A stretch of 64,000 bases of DNA from Desulfomicrobium sp. (GCA_040768745.1 JAXGMI010000003.1:160001-224000), one strand, 5' to 3'. Counted from the first letter of the stretch, positions 1-10,944 are shown. Made by a program: numbers and translations. Notes: generated from the letters alone by a model not told the origin.

Positions 1-446
1 TGCGCACCTCCATTCACGACTTCGAGGGCGACCAGACATACAGCGAAAAACGCGGCCATAATTTCACGCTGAACAAGGACTTCGCCGCAGTGAACACGGC
101 AGACTATGCCGGCCTTGTCGTGCCCGGGGGCCGGGCCCCGGAATACATCCGCCTCAACCAGCGGGTGCTGGAGATCGTGCGCGAATTCAACGCCGCAAAA
201 AAACCCATCGCAGCCATCTGCCACGGCCCGCTTGTCCTGGTCACGGCAGGAGTGCTGCAGGGAAAGAGCTGTTCGGCCTACCCTGCCTGCGGGCCGGACG
301 TAACCTGCGCCGGTGGCAAGTATGCCGACATACCCCTGGACAAGGCCCATGTGGACGGGAACCTGGTCACTGCCCCGGCCTGGCCAGCACACCCGGACTG
401 GATCGCCAAGTTCGTTGGACTCCTCGGGGCCAGGATCACCATCTGA
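1..446 (+). CDS. DJ-1/PfpI family protein (5'-truncated by window edge)
   Basis: Frame open from position 3 ([21 protein letters not shown]...); PGGRAPEY and AICHG nucleophile motifs typical of PfpI/DJ-1. Confidence 0.9.
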   Translation, partial: RTSIHDFEGDQTYSEKRGHNFTLNKDFAAVNTADYAGLVVPGGRAPEYIRLNQRVLEIVREFNAAKKPIAAICHGPLVLVTAGVLQGKSCSAYPACGPDVTCAGGKYADIPLDKAHVDGNLVTAPAWPAHPDWIAKFVGLLGARITI

Positions 447-452
447 GATCAA

Positions 453-2069
453 TCATTCAGGACGGCTCGGGGTGACCTGAGCCGTCTCACTTCCAACGCA
501 GCATATCCCGCACTCGTCGTGGTACTGCTCCCAGATGGCCATGAATTCTTCGCGGTTTTCCAGCAGGATATCGACCAGACACGGGTCGAAATGTCTGCCG
601 CTCTCCTCCAGGAAATATCCAAACACCTGGTCCCAGTTCCATGCGTCGTGATAAACCCGCTTGTTGGATAGGGCATCAAACACGTCTGCCACGGCCACAA
701 TGCGTCCGTAGACGTGGATCTCATCTTCCTTGAGTCCCTGGGGATAGCCCTGCCCGTCCCAGCGCTCATGATGGGCGAGAATGATGCGGGCAGCAGCCTG
801 GATGATGGGACTCGTGGAGCGGCTGAGCAGGTCATACCCGCGCTGGACATGGCTCTTTATGATTTCGAACTCCTCAGGCAAGAGGGGGCCAGGCTTATTC
901 AGGATGGAATCAGGGATGCCTACCTTGCCCAGGTCATGGGCCGTGGAGGCGATCTTGAGCATCTCCGCCTCCTCCTCGGGCAGTCCGTACTTCAGGGCCA
1001 TGAGACGCACGTATTCGGAAACGCGGCGGACATGGCTGCCTGTTTCGGCGGACCTGCACTCCATTGTCTCTGCAATGTGAAAAATGACCTCTTTTTGGGT
1101 GTCCTCAATTCCCTTGTTCAGGAACAGGTTGTCAAAAGCCAGGGACACATTGGTGAAGAACAGTTCGAGCAGGTCCTGGTCGTTTTCATCCAGTTCCCTG
1201 GCCACTTCGAAATACAGAAAATTTTCGGAACCGGTCTTGCTCTGGAAGTACCATGCGCATTTGCCTCCCTCGCAGTAAAATCCATGGGGCTGACTCTTGG
1301 CCTGGCCCAGGGCCTTGTGCATTACCTCCCCTGGAATTTGCTCCATGGGCTGCTCCACGAACTCGCAGAAATCCCCCGTGGCGGCCAATACCACTGATTT
1401 GCCTTTGATCCCGGAAGCTGTCAGCCCCGATGCCTGGGTGTACACGGCATCCTTCTTGAGCTGCAGAATGGCCGTCAGCTGGCTCAATACCCCGCATCCA
1501 AGCTTCTGCAGGGACTGGCGCTCGAAGATGTCCGACGAGGCCTCGATGATGCGCTTGAGGCCCTGCCGGTTGTCCTCAATAGTTGTGATGAAGCTGTAAC
1601 TGCGCAGGGCCGACACGATGGTGACCAGCATCTTTTCCAGGGTCAGTTCGGTCTTTTCCTTGTAATCGTCGATATCGTAATCCAGAATGACTTCGGATGC
1701 CGGAGCCTTGCCGGGCTGTCCCGTGCGCAGAATGATGCGTACGCTCCGGTTCTGCATCTCCTCTCGGATGAATTTGGCCAACCTGAGGCCACTGTCGTCC
1801 GTCTCCATGACAACGTCCAACAAAATGACGGCCACGTCCGGGTTGGCAGCCAGTACTGCCTTGGCTTCCTCGCCACTGTACGCATGCAGAAAGGTGAATT
1901 CCCGGCCCTGATACTTCTGCCCGGCGAGCATGAACGTGGTCACGCTGTGCACGTCGGCTTCATCGTCTACCACCAGGATTTTCCAGGGTTCCTCCTTTGC
2001 CTGATCCCGGGTTGTAGTTGTAGCGGTCGAAGCCTCGTCCTTGAAGATGATTTCGTCATTTTCAGTCAT
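453..2069 (-). CDS. Response regulator with receiver, DUF3369-like and HD-GYP phosphodiesterase domains
   Basis: KILVVDDE...LLDVVME receiver; HDLGKVGIPD and HHERWDGQGYP motifs. Confidence 0.9.
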   Translation of the reverse strand: MTENDEIIFKDEASTATTTTRDQAKEEPWKILVVDDEADVHSVTTFMLAGQKYQGREFTFLHAYSGEEAKAVLAANPDVAVILLDVVMETDDSGLRLAKFIREEMQNRSVRIILRTGQPGKAPASEVILDYDIDDYKEKTELTLEKMLVTIVSALRSYSFITTIEDNRQGLKRIIEASSDIFERQSLQKLGCGVLSQLTAILQLKKDAVYTQASGLTASGIKGKSVVLAATGDFCEFVEQPMEQIPGEVMHKALGQAKSQPHGFYCEGGKCAWYFQSKTGSENFLYFEVARELDENDQDLLELFFTNVSLAFDNLFLNKGIEDTQKEVIFHIAETMECRSAETGSHVRRVSEYVRLMALKYGLPEEEAEMLKIASTAHDLGKVGIPDSILNKPGPLLPEEFEIIKSHVQRGYDLLSRSTSPIIQAAARIILAHHERWDGQGYPQGLKEDEIHVYGRIVAVADVFDALSNKRVYHDAWNWDQVFGYFLEESGRHFDPCLVDILLENREEFMAIWEQYHDECGICCVGSETAQVTPSRPE

Positions 2070-4039
2070 GAATCCTCTCGTGAGATGGGCATATACATTT
2101 CAAATGTTGTGCCTTGGCCAGGAACGCTGCTGCAGGTGATGGTCCCGCCCAAAGTGCGGGTGACGATGTTGAAGACGATGTGCAGACCGAGGCCCGTGGA
2201 GCCCTTGGACCGGGCCGTGGTGTAAAAGGGTTCGAAGATCCTGTTCTGTAACTCCGGGGCGATACCCTTGCCGTTGTCCGAATAAAGTAAATGCAGTGTG
2301 TCCCCCTCCCTGGCAATCCGGATCCGGATCAATCCGGCCTGACCTTCCTCAAATGCATGCACAAGAGAATTGACAATGAAATTGGTCAAAATCTGGGAGA
2401 ATGCACCTGGATAGCTTTCAACAACCAGATTCTCGTCGCAGTCCACTTCCACCTTATGGCTGGTTTTCTTCAGCTTGGGCCGCAAACTGAGGAGAATCTC
2501 GCCCACGTAATCCCGGATGTTGAAGGCCCGACGGTTTTCGGAGACCTGATCCGCAGCCACCATTTTGAAACTGCGGATCAGATCCGATGCCCGGTTCAGA
2601 TTGAGCATTGTCATCTCAGCGCCCTCCCGGGAGGATTCGAGATATTCGGTCAGATCCGAACGTTTCATTTCCCCTTTTTCAAAGAGATCGCGGATGGTCC
2701 TGTTCCTGTCCGCCATGGCGGAGGTGGCGGACAAGGCCACCCCCACCGGGGTATTGATCTCATGCGCCACCCCCGCCACCAGTTCGCCCAGGGCAGCGAG
2801 TTTTTCAGACATGACCAGCTGTGCCTGTGCCTTTTTCAGATCCGTCAAGGCCGTGTGCAGATCCGCGTTGGCCTCTGCCAGTTCCTGGGTACGCTGTACA
2901 ACACGCTCCTCCAATTCCTCGTTCAAGCGGCGCACCTCGTCCTCGGCCTGCCGCCGTTCTCGGTCCTGGCGCTGCAGGCCCTCAGCCATTCGATCAAAAG
3001 CCGCCGCAAGACGGCCCAGCTCTCCCTCGTCATAGGTCAGGCCAGTGCGGGAGGCCAAGTCGCCAGACCCCAGCCGATCCGTGGCCTGCATGAGCAGATT
3101 AAGCCGGCGCATGATGGTGAATTCACCAACCAGCCATGCAGTTCCCACTGCCAGGACTGCCGCCAGAAAAAGCAGGAACATGTTGCGGAGTACCACCCCG
3201 CGGGCCTCAGCCAAGGCCAGATCCACGGGCTGTCCCAGCCGGATCATAAGGTAAGGAAACGGCGCGTCGGCAAAATGAACCCGCTTGAAACTGTACAACC
3301 GGTGCACGCCGTCCACGCCTTTTTCCAGAAAAGTGCCTTCCTCCTCGGGCACGGACATGCGCGCGATCATCTGCGGCAGATCGGGAACCCAGGTGTATTT
3401 TTGTGTTTCCGGGAAACGGGTCAGGCGAATGCCTACACAATCGGTCAGGGTAAAGACCGAGCCCTCCGGCAAACGTGCGTCGTCAAATATGCGCCCAAAA
3501 TAATTGAGGTCGAAGGATGCCACAAGCACGCCGCGAGGCCTGCCGTCCTGTCCCTCCACGGGTTGTGCGAACTCGATCACCACACGGTGTGTTTCGGACT
3601 GCAGATGATAGTCTCCCATGGTGAAATGCATGTCCTGCATGGCGTCCTGAAAGTACTTTTCATGCTCGATAGATGTAAAGGCATTGGAGGGGGAGGTGGC
3701 CACGATCCGGCCGTGCTCGTCGGCCAAGGCCAGGGCGACGTAGGCTGCTTCGCGGGAACGCATGTCTTCAAGCAGGACCTGGCAGGCCAGGGCATCAAGG
3801 CGTTGCACCTCGCCCGCCTTGGCCATGGTCGCCAGAAGCAGTCGGGCGTTGTCCACCACCCGCTCATGGTGCGCGGCCATGGCCTGCACCTGCCGCAAAG
3901 CCGCATTTTCCGTGTTGCGGATCACGCTCTGGCGCAGAGTGTAGCCAGTGAAGAGCATGATGCCCAGGGCCGGCAGAAGGGCCAGAAGAACAAGAAAGAC
4001 AAGACTGGCGCGGATGGAGGCAAAAACGGGAAATCGCAT
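2066..4039 (-). CDS. Membrane sensor histidine kinase (Cache-HAMP-HisKA-HATPase)
   Basis: Two TM segments, HAMP, AHEINTP H-box, NSLVHAF/DNGKG/GTGLGL boxes; ATG 4039 preceded by GGGGGG; 4-nt overlap with the regulator. Confidence 0.88.
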   Translation of the reverse strand: MRFPVFASIRASLVFLVLLALLPALGIMLFTGYTLRQSVIRNTENAALRQVQAMAAHHERVVDNARLLLATMAKAGEVQRLDALACQVLLEDMRSREAAYVALALADEHGRIVATSPSNAFTSIEHEKYFQDAMQDMHFTMGDYHLQSETHRVVIEFAQPVEGQDGRPRGVLVASFDLNYFGRIFDDARLPEGSVFTLTDCVGIRLTRFPETQKYTWVPDLPQMIARMSVPEEEGTFLEKGVDGVHRLYSFKRVHFADAPFPYLMIRLGQPVDLALAEARGVVLRNMFLLFLAAVLAVGTAWLVGEFTIMRRLNLLMQATDRLGSGDLASRTGLTYDEGELGRLAAAFDRMAEGLQRQDRERRQAEDEVRRLNEELEERVVQRTQELAEANADLHTALTDLKKAQAQLVMSEKLAALGELVAGVAHEINTPVGVALSATSAMADRNRTIRDLFEKGEMKRSDLTEYLESSREGAEMTMLNLNRASDLIRSFKMVAADQVSENRRAFNIRDYVGEILLSLRPKLKKTSHKVEVDCDENLVVESYPGAFSQILTNFIVNSLVHAFEEGQAGLIRIRIAREGDTLHLLYSDNGKGIAPELQNRIFEPFYTTARSKGSTGLGLHIVFNIVTRTLGGTITCSSVPGQGTTFEMYMPISREDS

Positions 4040-4176
4040 GTATCCCCCCCAACGGACCACACAAGGGCCCGCCTGACCTGGAGCGTTTTCAAAGGAAATA
4101 CCGGTGCCAGGCTGGAGGCGCAAGCAATTCCCTCAAGGCTATTCCCCTCGCGGGAATTTGGGGCAGAAGGCGTTTG

Positions 4177-5850
4177 TCACTGCTGGGAAGTCTCGGACCG
4201 TGCGATGGAGTAGCAGTAATCCCCTATTTTTTCTAACCTGGCTAGCAGATTGATAAAAGCGAGGCCGCCCTCGATCCCGCACTTGCCTACCTTGAGCCGT
4301 TCGATGTGCGCATCACGCATGGTCGCACGCATGGAGTCAATGGTCCGTTCGGCCTCTTCGGCCTTTTCCATGAGATCTTCCTGCTCCTTGATCAGCGCGT
4401 CACTGATCAATTTCAGAAACTCATCAACCTTTGCGGAAAGAACAAAAAAGTCGCCCATGGCGCTTTCGCTGAACCTCAATTCCTTGTCGACGATATCCTC
4501 GCACAAAAGCCCGAGCGCCTCCACCGCGTCACCAATGCGCTCGAGGTTGTTCACGACGCGCATCTGCTCCGAAATATCGTTGGAGATTTCCTCATTGATC
4601 TCGCTTTGCATTGTCCTGGCCAGGAAGGTGGCGATGGCCTTATGCATCTCGTTCACCTGATCCTCGAAACGTTGCCGTTGCCGGATGGTGCGGTGATCCC
4701 TCTTCTCCAGACATTCCAAGGCGTTGGTATATGCCGCCTGGACGATCTGGGACATGCGGTGGATCTCTCCGCGCACTTGGGCCAGGGCCGCAACGGGGTT
4801 GCCTTCCACATGCTGGTCAAAGACAGGCTGACGGAACAGGACATCGCCCGTGGTCTTGTCCTTGGGGGAAAGCCAAACGGCCACCTGAATCAGAACAGGC
4901 AGAAAGAAAAGAAATAAAATAGCATTGATGAGATTGAAAAGGGTGTGCCCGTTGGCCAGAAAACGGCCTACATAGGGGTATTCGCCGCCCACGTTCAGAT
5001 CCCAGGACTTGGTTCCCATGAAATATTGGGTCATCCATTCGACTCCATCCAAAAACCAGGGGAAGATGAGCAGCATTATGCACACGCCCAGCACGTTGAA
5101 CATGGTGTTGGCCCTGGCGGCACGGTGGGCATCGATGCTGGTGGACCCGATGGTGGCCAGCTCGGCAGTGATGGTGGTTCCGATATTTTCGCCCAGGACC
5201 AAGGCCATGGCCGACGGAAAGTCGAGCAGCCCCTGGGTGGCCAGCGCCATGGTCAGACCCACAGTGGCCGAGGAGGACTGCAGGATCATGGTCACGACGC
5301 AGCCAGTGGCCACGCAGAACAGTATCCCACCGATGCTTGCGGCATTGAATTTTGTAAAAAATGAAATGAATTCAGGGTTTTCTCGCAGAGGCTTCAACCC
5401 GTCCCCCATTACTGTCATCCCGAAAAAGAGCAGTCCAAAGCCAAGGATAACCTCGCCAAGGTAGCGGTACTTCTTGCGCAAGGAAAAATACTTCAGGGGA
5501 ACTCCGATGGCGATGGCCGGTAGAGCGAGGTTGGAGAGCTTGAAGGCAATGAGTTGAGCGGTCATGGTCGTTCCCACGTTGCAGCCCAGCATCACCCCCA
5601 CGGCCTGGGTCAACGACATGAGTCCTGCTGACACGAAACTGATCAGCATGACCGTGGTGGCCGAGGAGGATTGGACCACGGCGGTCACAGCCGCGCCCGA
5701 TGCAAATCCGACTACCCGGTTGTCGGACACCGCCTTGAGGATGTTGCGGATCCTGTTGCCTGCAGCCATCTGCAGACCCTCGGTCATGAGCTTCATGCCG
5801 AGGATGAACACACCCAGGCCTCCGAGGGTTTGTATCAAAATAGTGTACAT
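4177..5850 (-). CDS. Na+/Pi cotransporter family protein with PhoU-like C-terminal domains
   Basis: Two QSSSAT repeats with GCNVGTT/GENIGTT; C-terminal LERIGD/LEKIGD PhoU-like repeats. Confidence 0.92.
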   Translation of the reverse strand: MYTILIQTLGGLGVFILGMKLMTEGLQMAAGNRIRNILKAVSDNRVVGFASGAAVTAVVQSSSATTVMLISFVSAGLMSLTQAVGVMLGCNVGTTMTAQLIAFKLSNLALPAIAIGVPLKYFSLRKKYRYLGEVILGFGLLFFGMTVMGDGLKPLRENPEFISFFTKFNAASIGGILFCVATGCVVTMILQSSSATVGLTMALATQGLLDFPSAMALVLGENIGTTITAELATIGSTSIDAHRAARANTMFNVLGVCIMLLIFPWFLDGVEWMTQYFMGTKSWDLNVGGEYPYVGRFLANGHTLFNLINAILFLFFLPVLIQVAVWLSPKDKTTGDVLFRQPVFDQHVEGNPVAALAQVRGEIHRMSQIVQAAYTNALECLEKRDHRTIRQRQRFEDQVNEMHKAIATFLARTMQSEINEEISNDISEQMRVVNNLERIGDAVEALGLLCEDIVDKELRFSESAMGDFFVLSAKVDEFLKLISDALIKEQEDLMEKAEEAERTIDSMRATMRDAHIERLKVGKCGIEGGLAFINLLARLEKIGDYCYSIARSETSQQ

Positions 5851-5865
5851 CGATGATCCTTAATT

Positions 5866-5883
5866 GTGACAAAGTGGTGACAA
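5866..5883 (-). promoter_or_regulatory. Pho-box-like direct repeat TTGTCAC-CACT-TTGTCAC
   Basis: Two identical 7-mers at 11-bp period resembling the PhoB consensus CTGTCAT-N4-CTGTCAC, 15 nt upstream of a phosphate transporter start codon. Confidence 0.65.
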
Positions 5884-6156
5884 TTGCTCCAACTCCGGCC
5901 ACCTCTAGAAAATCTTCTTCTTCAGGAAAAGATTTTTTGTGGGGCAGGATCGATATTGTGGCGATGCCGCAAGGTAAGCAAAACATGACCAATACCGCTG
6001 GATCGGATCAGATCCCACGCGATTCGGCTTCGTTTGTATCTTGCCCCCCCAATCCTGTTTGTTCCCTTGATTTCGCCCTCCCAGGTTGCAGAAATCCCCT
6101 GTCCCTGGCATGGAATGAGTGGATTCAGAACACACTGACTGCCAAAGGAGGTCCGC

Positions 6157-8568
6157 GTGAACAAAAACGACGCTTTTGTCCTCTGGTTTGACGAACTCGC
6201 CATCGAGGATGTGCCGCTGGTCGGCGGCAAAAACGCAAGCCTGGGCGAGATGTACCGCAACCTGACCCCCAAGGGCGTACAGATTCCCAATGGCTTCGCC
6301 ATCACGGCCAAGGCCTACCGACATCTTCTGGCAGCCTCCGGGGCCATGGACAAGATCCGTTCCATCCTGCAGGGCCTCGACACCCACGACATGGACAACC
6401 TGATGGAGCGCGGCAGCCGCATCCGCGCCCTGATCCGCAATCTGGAAATCCCGGCCGACCTGCAAAGCGCCATCGTCCAGGCCTACCGCAGGCTTGAGGA
6501 GCAGTACGGCCCAAACGTGGACGTAGCCGTACGCTCCTCGGCCACGGCCGAGGATCTTCCTGACGCCAGTTTCGCCGGCCAGCAGGAAACCTACCTGAAC
6601 ATCCGGGGTGTGGAGGATTTGCTGGATTCCTGCCAGCGCTGCTTCGCCTCGCTCTTCACCAACAGGGCCATCTCCTACCGCCAGGACAAGGGTTTCGACC
6701 ACTTCTCCATCGCCCTGTCCATCGGGGTGCAGAAGATGGTCCGCTCGGACCTCTCTGCCAGCGGGGTCATGTTCTCCATCGACACGGAAACCGGATTCCA
6801 GGATGCCGTCTTCCTGACCGGGGCGTGGGGCTTGGGGGAAAACGTGGTCCAGGGCGCCGTCAACCCCGATGAGTGGTACATCTTCAAGACCACCCTCAAA
6901 CAAGGATTCAAACCCATCATCATGAAGCGGACCGGTGGCAAGGCCATCAAGATGATCTATACCACGGACGCCAAGGCGCCGACCAAGAACGTGGCTGTGC
7001 CCGAGGAGGACCGCCGCCGCCTGGTCCTGAACGACGACGAAGTGGTGGCCCTGGCCCGCATGGCCTGCACCATCGAGGAGCATTACAGCGGACATCGCGG
7101 CCAGTTCACACCCATGGACATAGAGTGGGCCAAGGATGGTCAGACCGGAGAACTCTTCATCGTCCAGGCCCGGCCGGAAACCGTCCACTCCCTGAAGGAC
7201 AGGGCCAAACTCAGGAAATATGTGCTGCAGGGAAAGGGGGAAGTTTTGGTCCAGGGCCAGTCCGTGGGCGAACTCATCGGCCAGGGCTCGGTGCAGGTCA
7301 TCAAATCCGCACAGATGATCCAGTCCTTCCGCAAGGGCCAGGTCCTGGTCACGGACATGACCGACCCGGATTGGGAGCCCATCATGAAAATAGCTGCAGC
7401 CATTGTCACCAACCGGGGTGGGCGCACCTGCCACACGGCCATTGTCAGCCGGGAGCTGGGCATCCCCTGCATCGTCGGCACCGGAAACGCCACCACCAGG
7501 CTTGTGCAGGACGAAAGCGTGACCGTGGACTGCTCCGAGGGCTCCATCGGCAGCGTGTACCGGGGCCTTTTGCCCTTCGAGATCCAGGAGACGGACCTCG
7601 GCACCCTGCCCAAGCCGAAAACCAAGATCATGATGAACCTGGCCAGTCCCGAACAGGCCTTCGAAAAAAGCTTCATCCCCAATGACGGCGTGGGGCTGGC
7701 CCGTGAGGAGTTCATCATCAACTCCTATATCAAGATCCATCCATTGGCCCTTCTGCACTACGAGACCCTGCCGGACGAGATCCTCAAGCGCGCCATCGCG
7801 GACATGACCTCGGGCTACGCTGACAAGGCCGAATACTTCGTGGACAAGCTGGCTGAAGGGGTGGGCATGATTGCGGCTGCCTTCTACCCCAAGCAGGTCA
7901 TCGTGCGTCTGTCGGACTTCAAGTCCAACGAGTATGCCAACCTCATCGGCGGCAAGCTCTTCGAGCCTGGGGAGGAGAACCCCATGATCGGCTGGCGCGG
8001 GGCCTCGCGCTATTATTCCGGAGTGTACAGGGAGGCCTTCGGCCTGGAATGCCGGGCCATGAAGAAGATCCGCGAGGACATGGGCCTGACCAACGTGGAC
8101 ATCATGATCCCCTTCCCGCGCACCGTGGAGGAGGCCAAAAAGGTCGTCGAGACCATGGCCGAGTTCGGCCTCAAACAGGGTGAGAACGGGCTCAGGGTCA
8201 TCGGCATGTGCGAGATCCCGTCCAACGTGATCATGGCGGAGGAGTTCCTGGAGGTCTTCGACGGGTTCTCCATCGGCACCAACGACCTGACCCAGCTCAT
8301 CCTCGGCGTGGACCGCGACTCGTCCCTGGTGGCCCACGTCTACGACGAGCGCAACCCGGCCGTGAAGAGGTTCGTCAGGCAGGTCATCGAGGTGTCGGTG
8401 AAAAAGGGCAAGTACATCGGCATCTGCGGCCAGGCCCCCAGTGACTACCCTGAATTCGCCGAGTTCGTGGTGGAGTGCGGGATCCAATCCATGTCGCTCA
8501 ATCCCGACACGGTCATCAAGACCACCCTCCTCGTGGCCGAGGCGGAAAAGCGGCTGGGTATTGTCTAG
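6157..8568 (+). CDS. ppsA: Phosphoenolpyruvate synthase (pyruvate, water dikinase)
   Basis: VGGKNASLGEM, VRSSATAED, GGRTCH phospho-His, FSIGTNDLTQ; AGGAGG RBS before GTG. Confidence 0.96.
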   Translation: MNKNDAFVLWFDELAIEDVPLVGGKNASLGEMYRNLTPKGVQIPNGFAITAKAYRHLLAASGAMDKIRSILQGLDTHDMDNLMERGSRIRALIRNLEIPADLQSAIVQAYRRLEEQYGPNVDVAVRSSATAEDLPDASFAGQQETYLNIRGVEDLLDSCQRCFASLFTNRAISYRQDKGFDHFSIALSIGVQKMVRSDLSASGVMFSIDTETGFQDAVFLTGAWGLGENVVQGAVNPDEWYIFKTTLKQGFKPIIMKRTGGKAIKMIYTTDAKAPTKNVAVPEEDRRRLVLNDDEVVALARMACTIEEHYSGHRGQFTPMDIEWAKDGQTGELFIVQARPETVHSLKDRAKLRKYVLQGKGEVLVQGQSVGELIGQGSVQVIKSAQMIQSFRKGQVLVTDMTDPDWEPIMKIAAAIVTNRGGRTCHTAIVSRELGIPCIVGTGNATTRLVQDESVTVDCSEGSIGSVYRGLLPFEIQETDLGTLPKPKTKIMMNLASPEQAFEKSFIPNDGVGLAREEFIINSYIKIHPLALLHYETLPDEILKRAIADMTSGYADKAEYFVDKLAEGVGMIAAAFYPKQVIVRLSDFKSNEYANLIGGKLFEPGEENPMIGWRGASRYYSGVYREAFGLECRAMKKIREDMGLTNVDIMIPFPRTVEEAKKVVETMAEFGLKQGENGLRVIGMCEIPSNVIMAEEFLEVFDGFSIGTNDLTQLILGVDRDSSLVAHVYDERNPAVKRFVRQVIEVSVKKGKYIGICGQAPSDYPEFAEFVVECGIQSMSLNPDTVIKTTLLVAEAEKRLGIV

Positions 8569-8705
8569 TGCCCTGCCAGGACAGCGGCCACATGCCGAAG
8601 GTGCACGTCCTGGGGCTCCGGGGACTCTACCTGCGCCTGTGCCTGTGATTGATGCGCGAATGCGCCACGGTGGCGTACCGGCGCCCTGTGGACCACAGCG
8701 TCCAT
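8569..8705 (-). pseudogene. Frameshifted 5' remnant of an HD-domain gene, paralogous to 12237-13001
   Basis: Aligns by eye to about 12877-13001 (shared TGATTGATGCGCGAATGCGC, CGGTGGCGTA, AGGTGCACGTC); piecewise translation RYATVAHSRINH...EPQDVHLRHVA; similarity ends a few nt from the ppsA stop. Confidence 0.8.
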
Positions 8706-8720
8706 TGCCTGCCCCCGCCG

Positions 8721-9320
8721 TCAGTTTCGCGCGGCCGTGATGGCCGCGGCGATGTCGTCGGCCAGCCTCTCGACGTTGCGTTGCTGGGCTGCGACCCAGG
8801 AGGCGTGTCCGGCGTCCGGCAGGGCCTGGGCCGCGTCCGTGCGCCGCACCAGCGGCCCGCCCTCCCCTGCGGAATCCAGCAGGGTCCAGCGGGCGGTGAG
8901 CGTGGCCTCGCGACCGAGGCTCCCGCCCATGGCCACCACGTCGACCAGGACGCGGAAACGGGGCCGGAGCCGCTGGTCCGGCGGGAAGAGGGACACGTTT
9001 TCGGTGCCGAGCGACCGCGAAAGCCGCTCGGCCAGGGCCCTGGCCATGTCCCGGTCCACCTCGCCCGTCCAGCGGTGGTATTCGGCCATGCGGTACTGCC
9101 CCTTTTCCCCGCCCGTGGCGATACGCGTCTGTTTGAGGATGTCGGGCAGGGTCACGGGGCCGACGCTGACCGACACGGCATTGCCGGCAAAGGACGGAAC
9201 CGAAGCCTGCGGGACGTGCAGGCTGTAGTAGGAAATGGTCTGCGCCTTGCCGGCGCAGCCTGTCAGCAGTGCAACCCAGGCCAGGCCCAGGACCGCCGCG
9301 AGGGTCATGCGACTATTCAT
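8721..9320 (-). CDS. pqiC: PqiC family outer-membrane lipoprotein
   Basis: Lipobox LLTGC, YYSL, GPVTLPD, EYHRW motifs; follows pqiB. Confidence 0.85.
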   Translation of the reverse strand: MNSRMTLAAVLGLAWVALLTGCAGKAQTISYYSLHVPQASVPSFAGNAVSVSVGPVTLPDILKQTRIATGGEKGQYRMAEYHRWTGEVDRDMARALAERLSRSLGTENVSLFPPDQRLRPRFRVLVDVVAMGGSLGREATLTARWTLLDSAGEGGPLVRRTDAAQALPDAGHASWVAAQQRNVERLADDIAAAITAARN

Positions 9321-10944
9321 CCTTCCTCTCTCCTTCCTTGCCGAACAGCAGCGACTGCGGTCGGTTCTCGATGGCGGTGCTCAGCTCGCGCATGGAGCGC
9401 AGGGTCAAGTGCAGCTCTTCGAGGGTTTTCTCCAATCTGAAGTTGAGGGGTGACTCCTTGCCCAGGGTCCCCTGCACCTCCTCCAGGGTCTTCTGCAGCG
9501 CGATCAGGCTGGCCTGCAGGGCAGGCGCCGTCTCGCCGTTCAGGCGCCGCACGAACCCGCCGGCGTCCCTGACCGTGACAGTGGTCTCCTGCAGCACGTT
9601 GTCGAGATTCTTGCCGATCTTCTCGAAGGGCACCTTCTCCAGGTTGCGGGTGATCCGCGCGATGCTCTCCTGGATCTGGTCGATGGAGCCCGACACGCTG
9701 GGGATGACCGGCAAGCCCTTATCGTGCCTGAGGACGTCGCGGGGTTCGTCAGGATGGAACCCAAGATCCACCAGCAGCTGCCCCGTCAGCAGGTTCCCGG
9801 TCTTGAGCTGCGCCTTCAGGTTGCGCTCCTCCACGAGCCACTTGAGCAGAGGCTCGGGACTATCCGGCGTCGCGGCGGGGACGGACTGCACCATGTTCTG
9901 GATCCGCTCGGGCTCGATGCTGACGATGACAGGTACGAACAACTCCTTGAGCTTCTTGTCGTAGATCAGATCGACGCTGGTCACCTGGCCGATCTTGATG
10001 CCGTAGATCTCCACCGGCGCACCGATGTTCAGGCCGCGCACGGACTGGTCGAAATAGATCAGCCAGCTCCTGTGCACCGTGTAGGTCTTCTCGTTGATGC
10101 TCTCCCGGTGGGGGTAGAGGTTGAACACCGCATTCTCCTCGGCCGCTTTGCCCGGCTGCACGCCCTCAGGGGCATCGAAGGCGAGGCCGCCGCCAACGAT
10201 GGAGATGAGGGATTCGGTGTCGATCTTGAGCCCCTGGGCGCTCAGGGACACGTCGAGCCCGCTGGCGTTCCAGAAGCGTGTGGTCTCGGTGACCTTGGCG
10301 TCATGCGGGGATTCGATGAAGACCTGCACGTCGATGGCCTGGCCGTCCGGGGCGAAGCCGTAGCTGACCACCTGACCGACCTGGATCTGGCGATAGTAGA
10401 CCGGCGCCCCGATGGTGATGGAGCCGAGTTGGCTGGAGCGCAGCCAGAAATGGCGGCCCGGCAGGCCGGAGGTGATGACCGGCGGCACTTCGAGCCCGGT
10501 GAAACTGGTGGTGTGCGCCCCGCCCACGGCCGGGTCGACGCTGATGAACGCGCCCGACAGCAGGGTGTCAAGGCCCGAGGCCGTGCCGCCGCGGATCTGG
10601 GCCTTGGCCACCCAGAAGCGGGTCCGGTCGTTCAGGAACCGCTCGAAGTCCTTGGACAGCTCCGCGGTGACCACGACGTGCTTCAAGTCGTCTCCGAGGT
10701 GGATGCTGTCGACCTGCCCGATGACCACGTCCTTGTACTTGATCTTGGTCTTGCCGGCTTCGAGGCCCGCGGCCGTGGCGAACCGGATGGAGATGACCGG
10801 GCCCTTCTCGCTGATGGCCTTGTAGCCCAGCCAGCCGCCCACGATCAGCGCCAGCAGGGGAACGATCCAGACCAGGGTGATGCCGGTCCTCTTTCTGACT
10901 TGGGCCGGGACGGCAAGATCTTCGGCCAGGGGTGCGTCGGTCAT
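9313..10944 (-). CDS. pqiB: PqiB intermembrane transport protein (three MCE/MlaD domains)
   Basis: WIVPLLAL TM, GLEAGKTKIKYKDVVIG, GAPVYYRQIQVG, SVRGLNIGAPV MCE repeats. Confidence 0.93.
   Translation of the reverse strand: MTDAPLAEDLAVPAQVRKRTGITLVWIVPLLALIVGGWLGYKAISEKGPVISIRFATAAGLEAGKTKIKYKDVVIGQVDSIHLGDDLKHVVVTAELSKDFERFLNDRTRFWVAKAQIRGGTASGLDTLLSGAFISVDPAVGGAHTTSFTGLEVPPVITSGLPGRHFWLRSSQLGSITIGAPVYYRQIQVGQVVSYGFAPDGQAIDVQVFIESPHDAKVTETTRFWNASGLDVSLSAQGLKIDTESLISIVGGGLAFDAPEGVQPGKAAEENAVFNLYPHRESINEKTYTVHRSWLIYFDQSVRGLNIGAPVEIYGIKIGQVTSVDLIYDKKLKELFVPVIVSIEPERIQNMVQSVPAATPDSPEPLLKWLVEERNLKAQLKTGNLLTGQLLVDLGFHPDEPRDVLRHDKGLPVIPSVSGSIDQIQESIARITRNLEKVPFEKIGKNLDNVLQETTVTVRDAGGFVRRLNGETAPALQASLIALQKTLEEVQGTLGKESPLNFRLEKTLEELHLTLRSMRELSTAIENRPQSLLFGKEGERKDE

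Noticed and set aside
5905..8487. Long antisense ORFs (also 2291-4213, 15508-18534, 25095-27929, 56908-58773 and others)
   Set aside because: Shadow frames of GC3-rich real genes on the opposite strand; no recognisable motifs.
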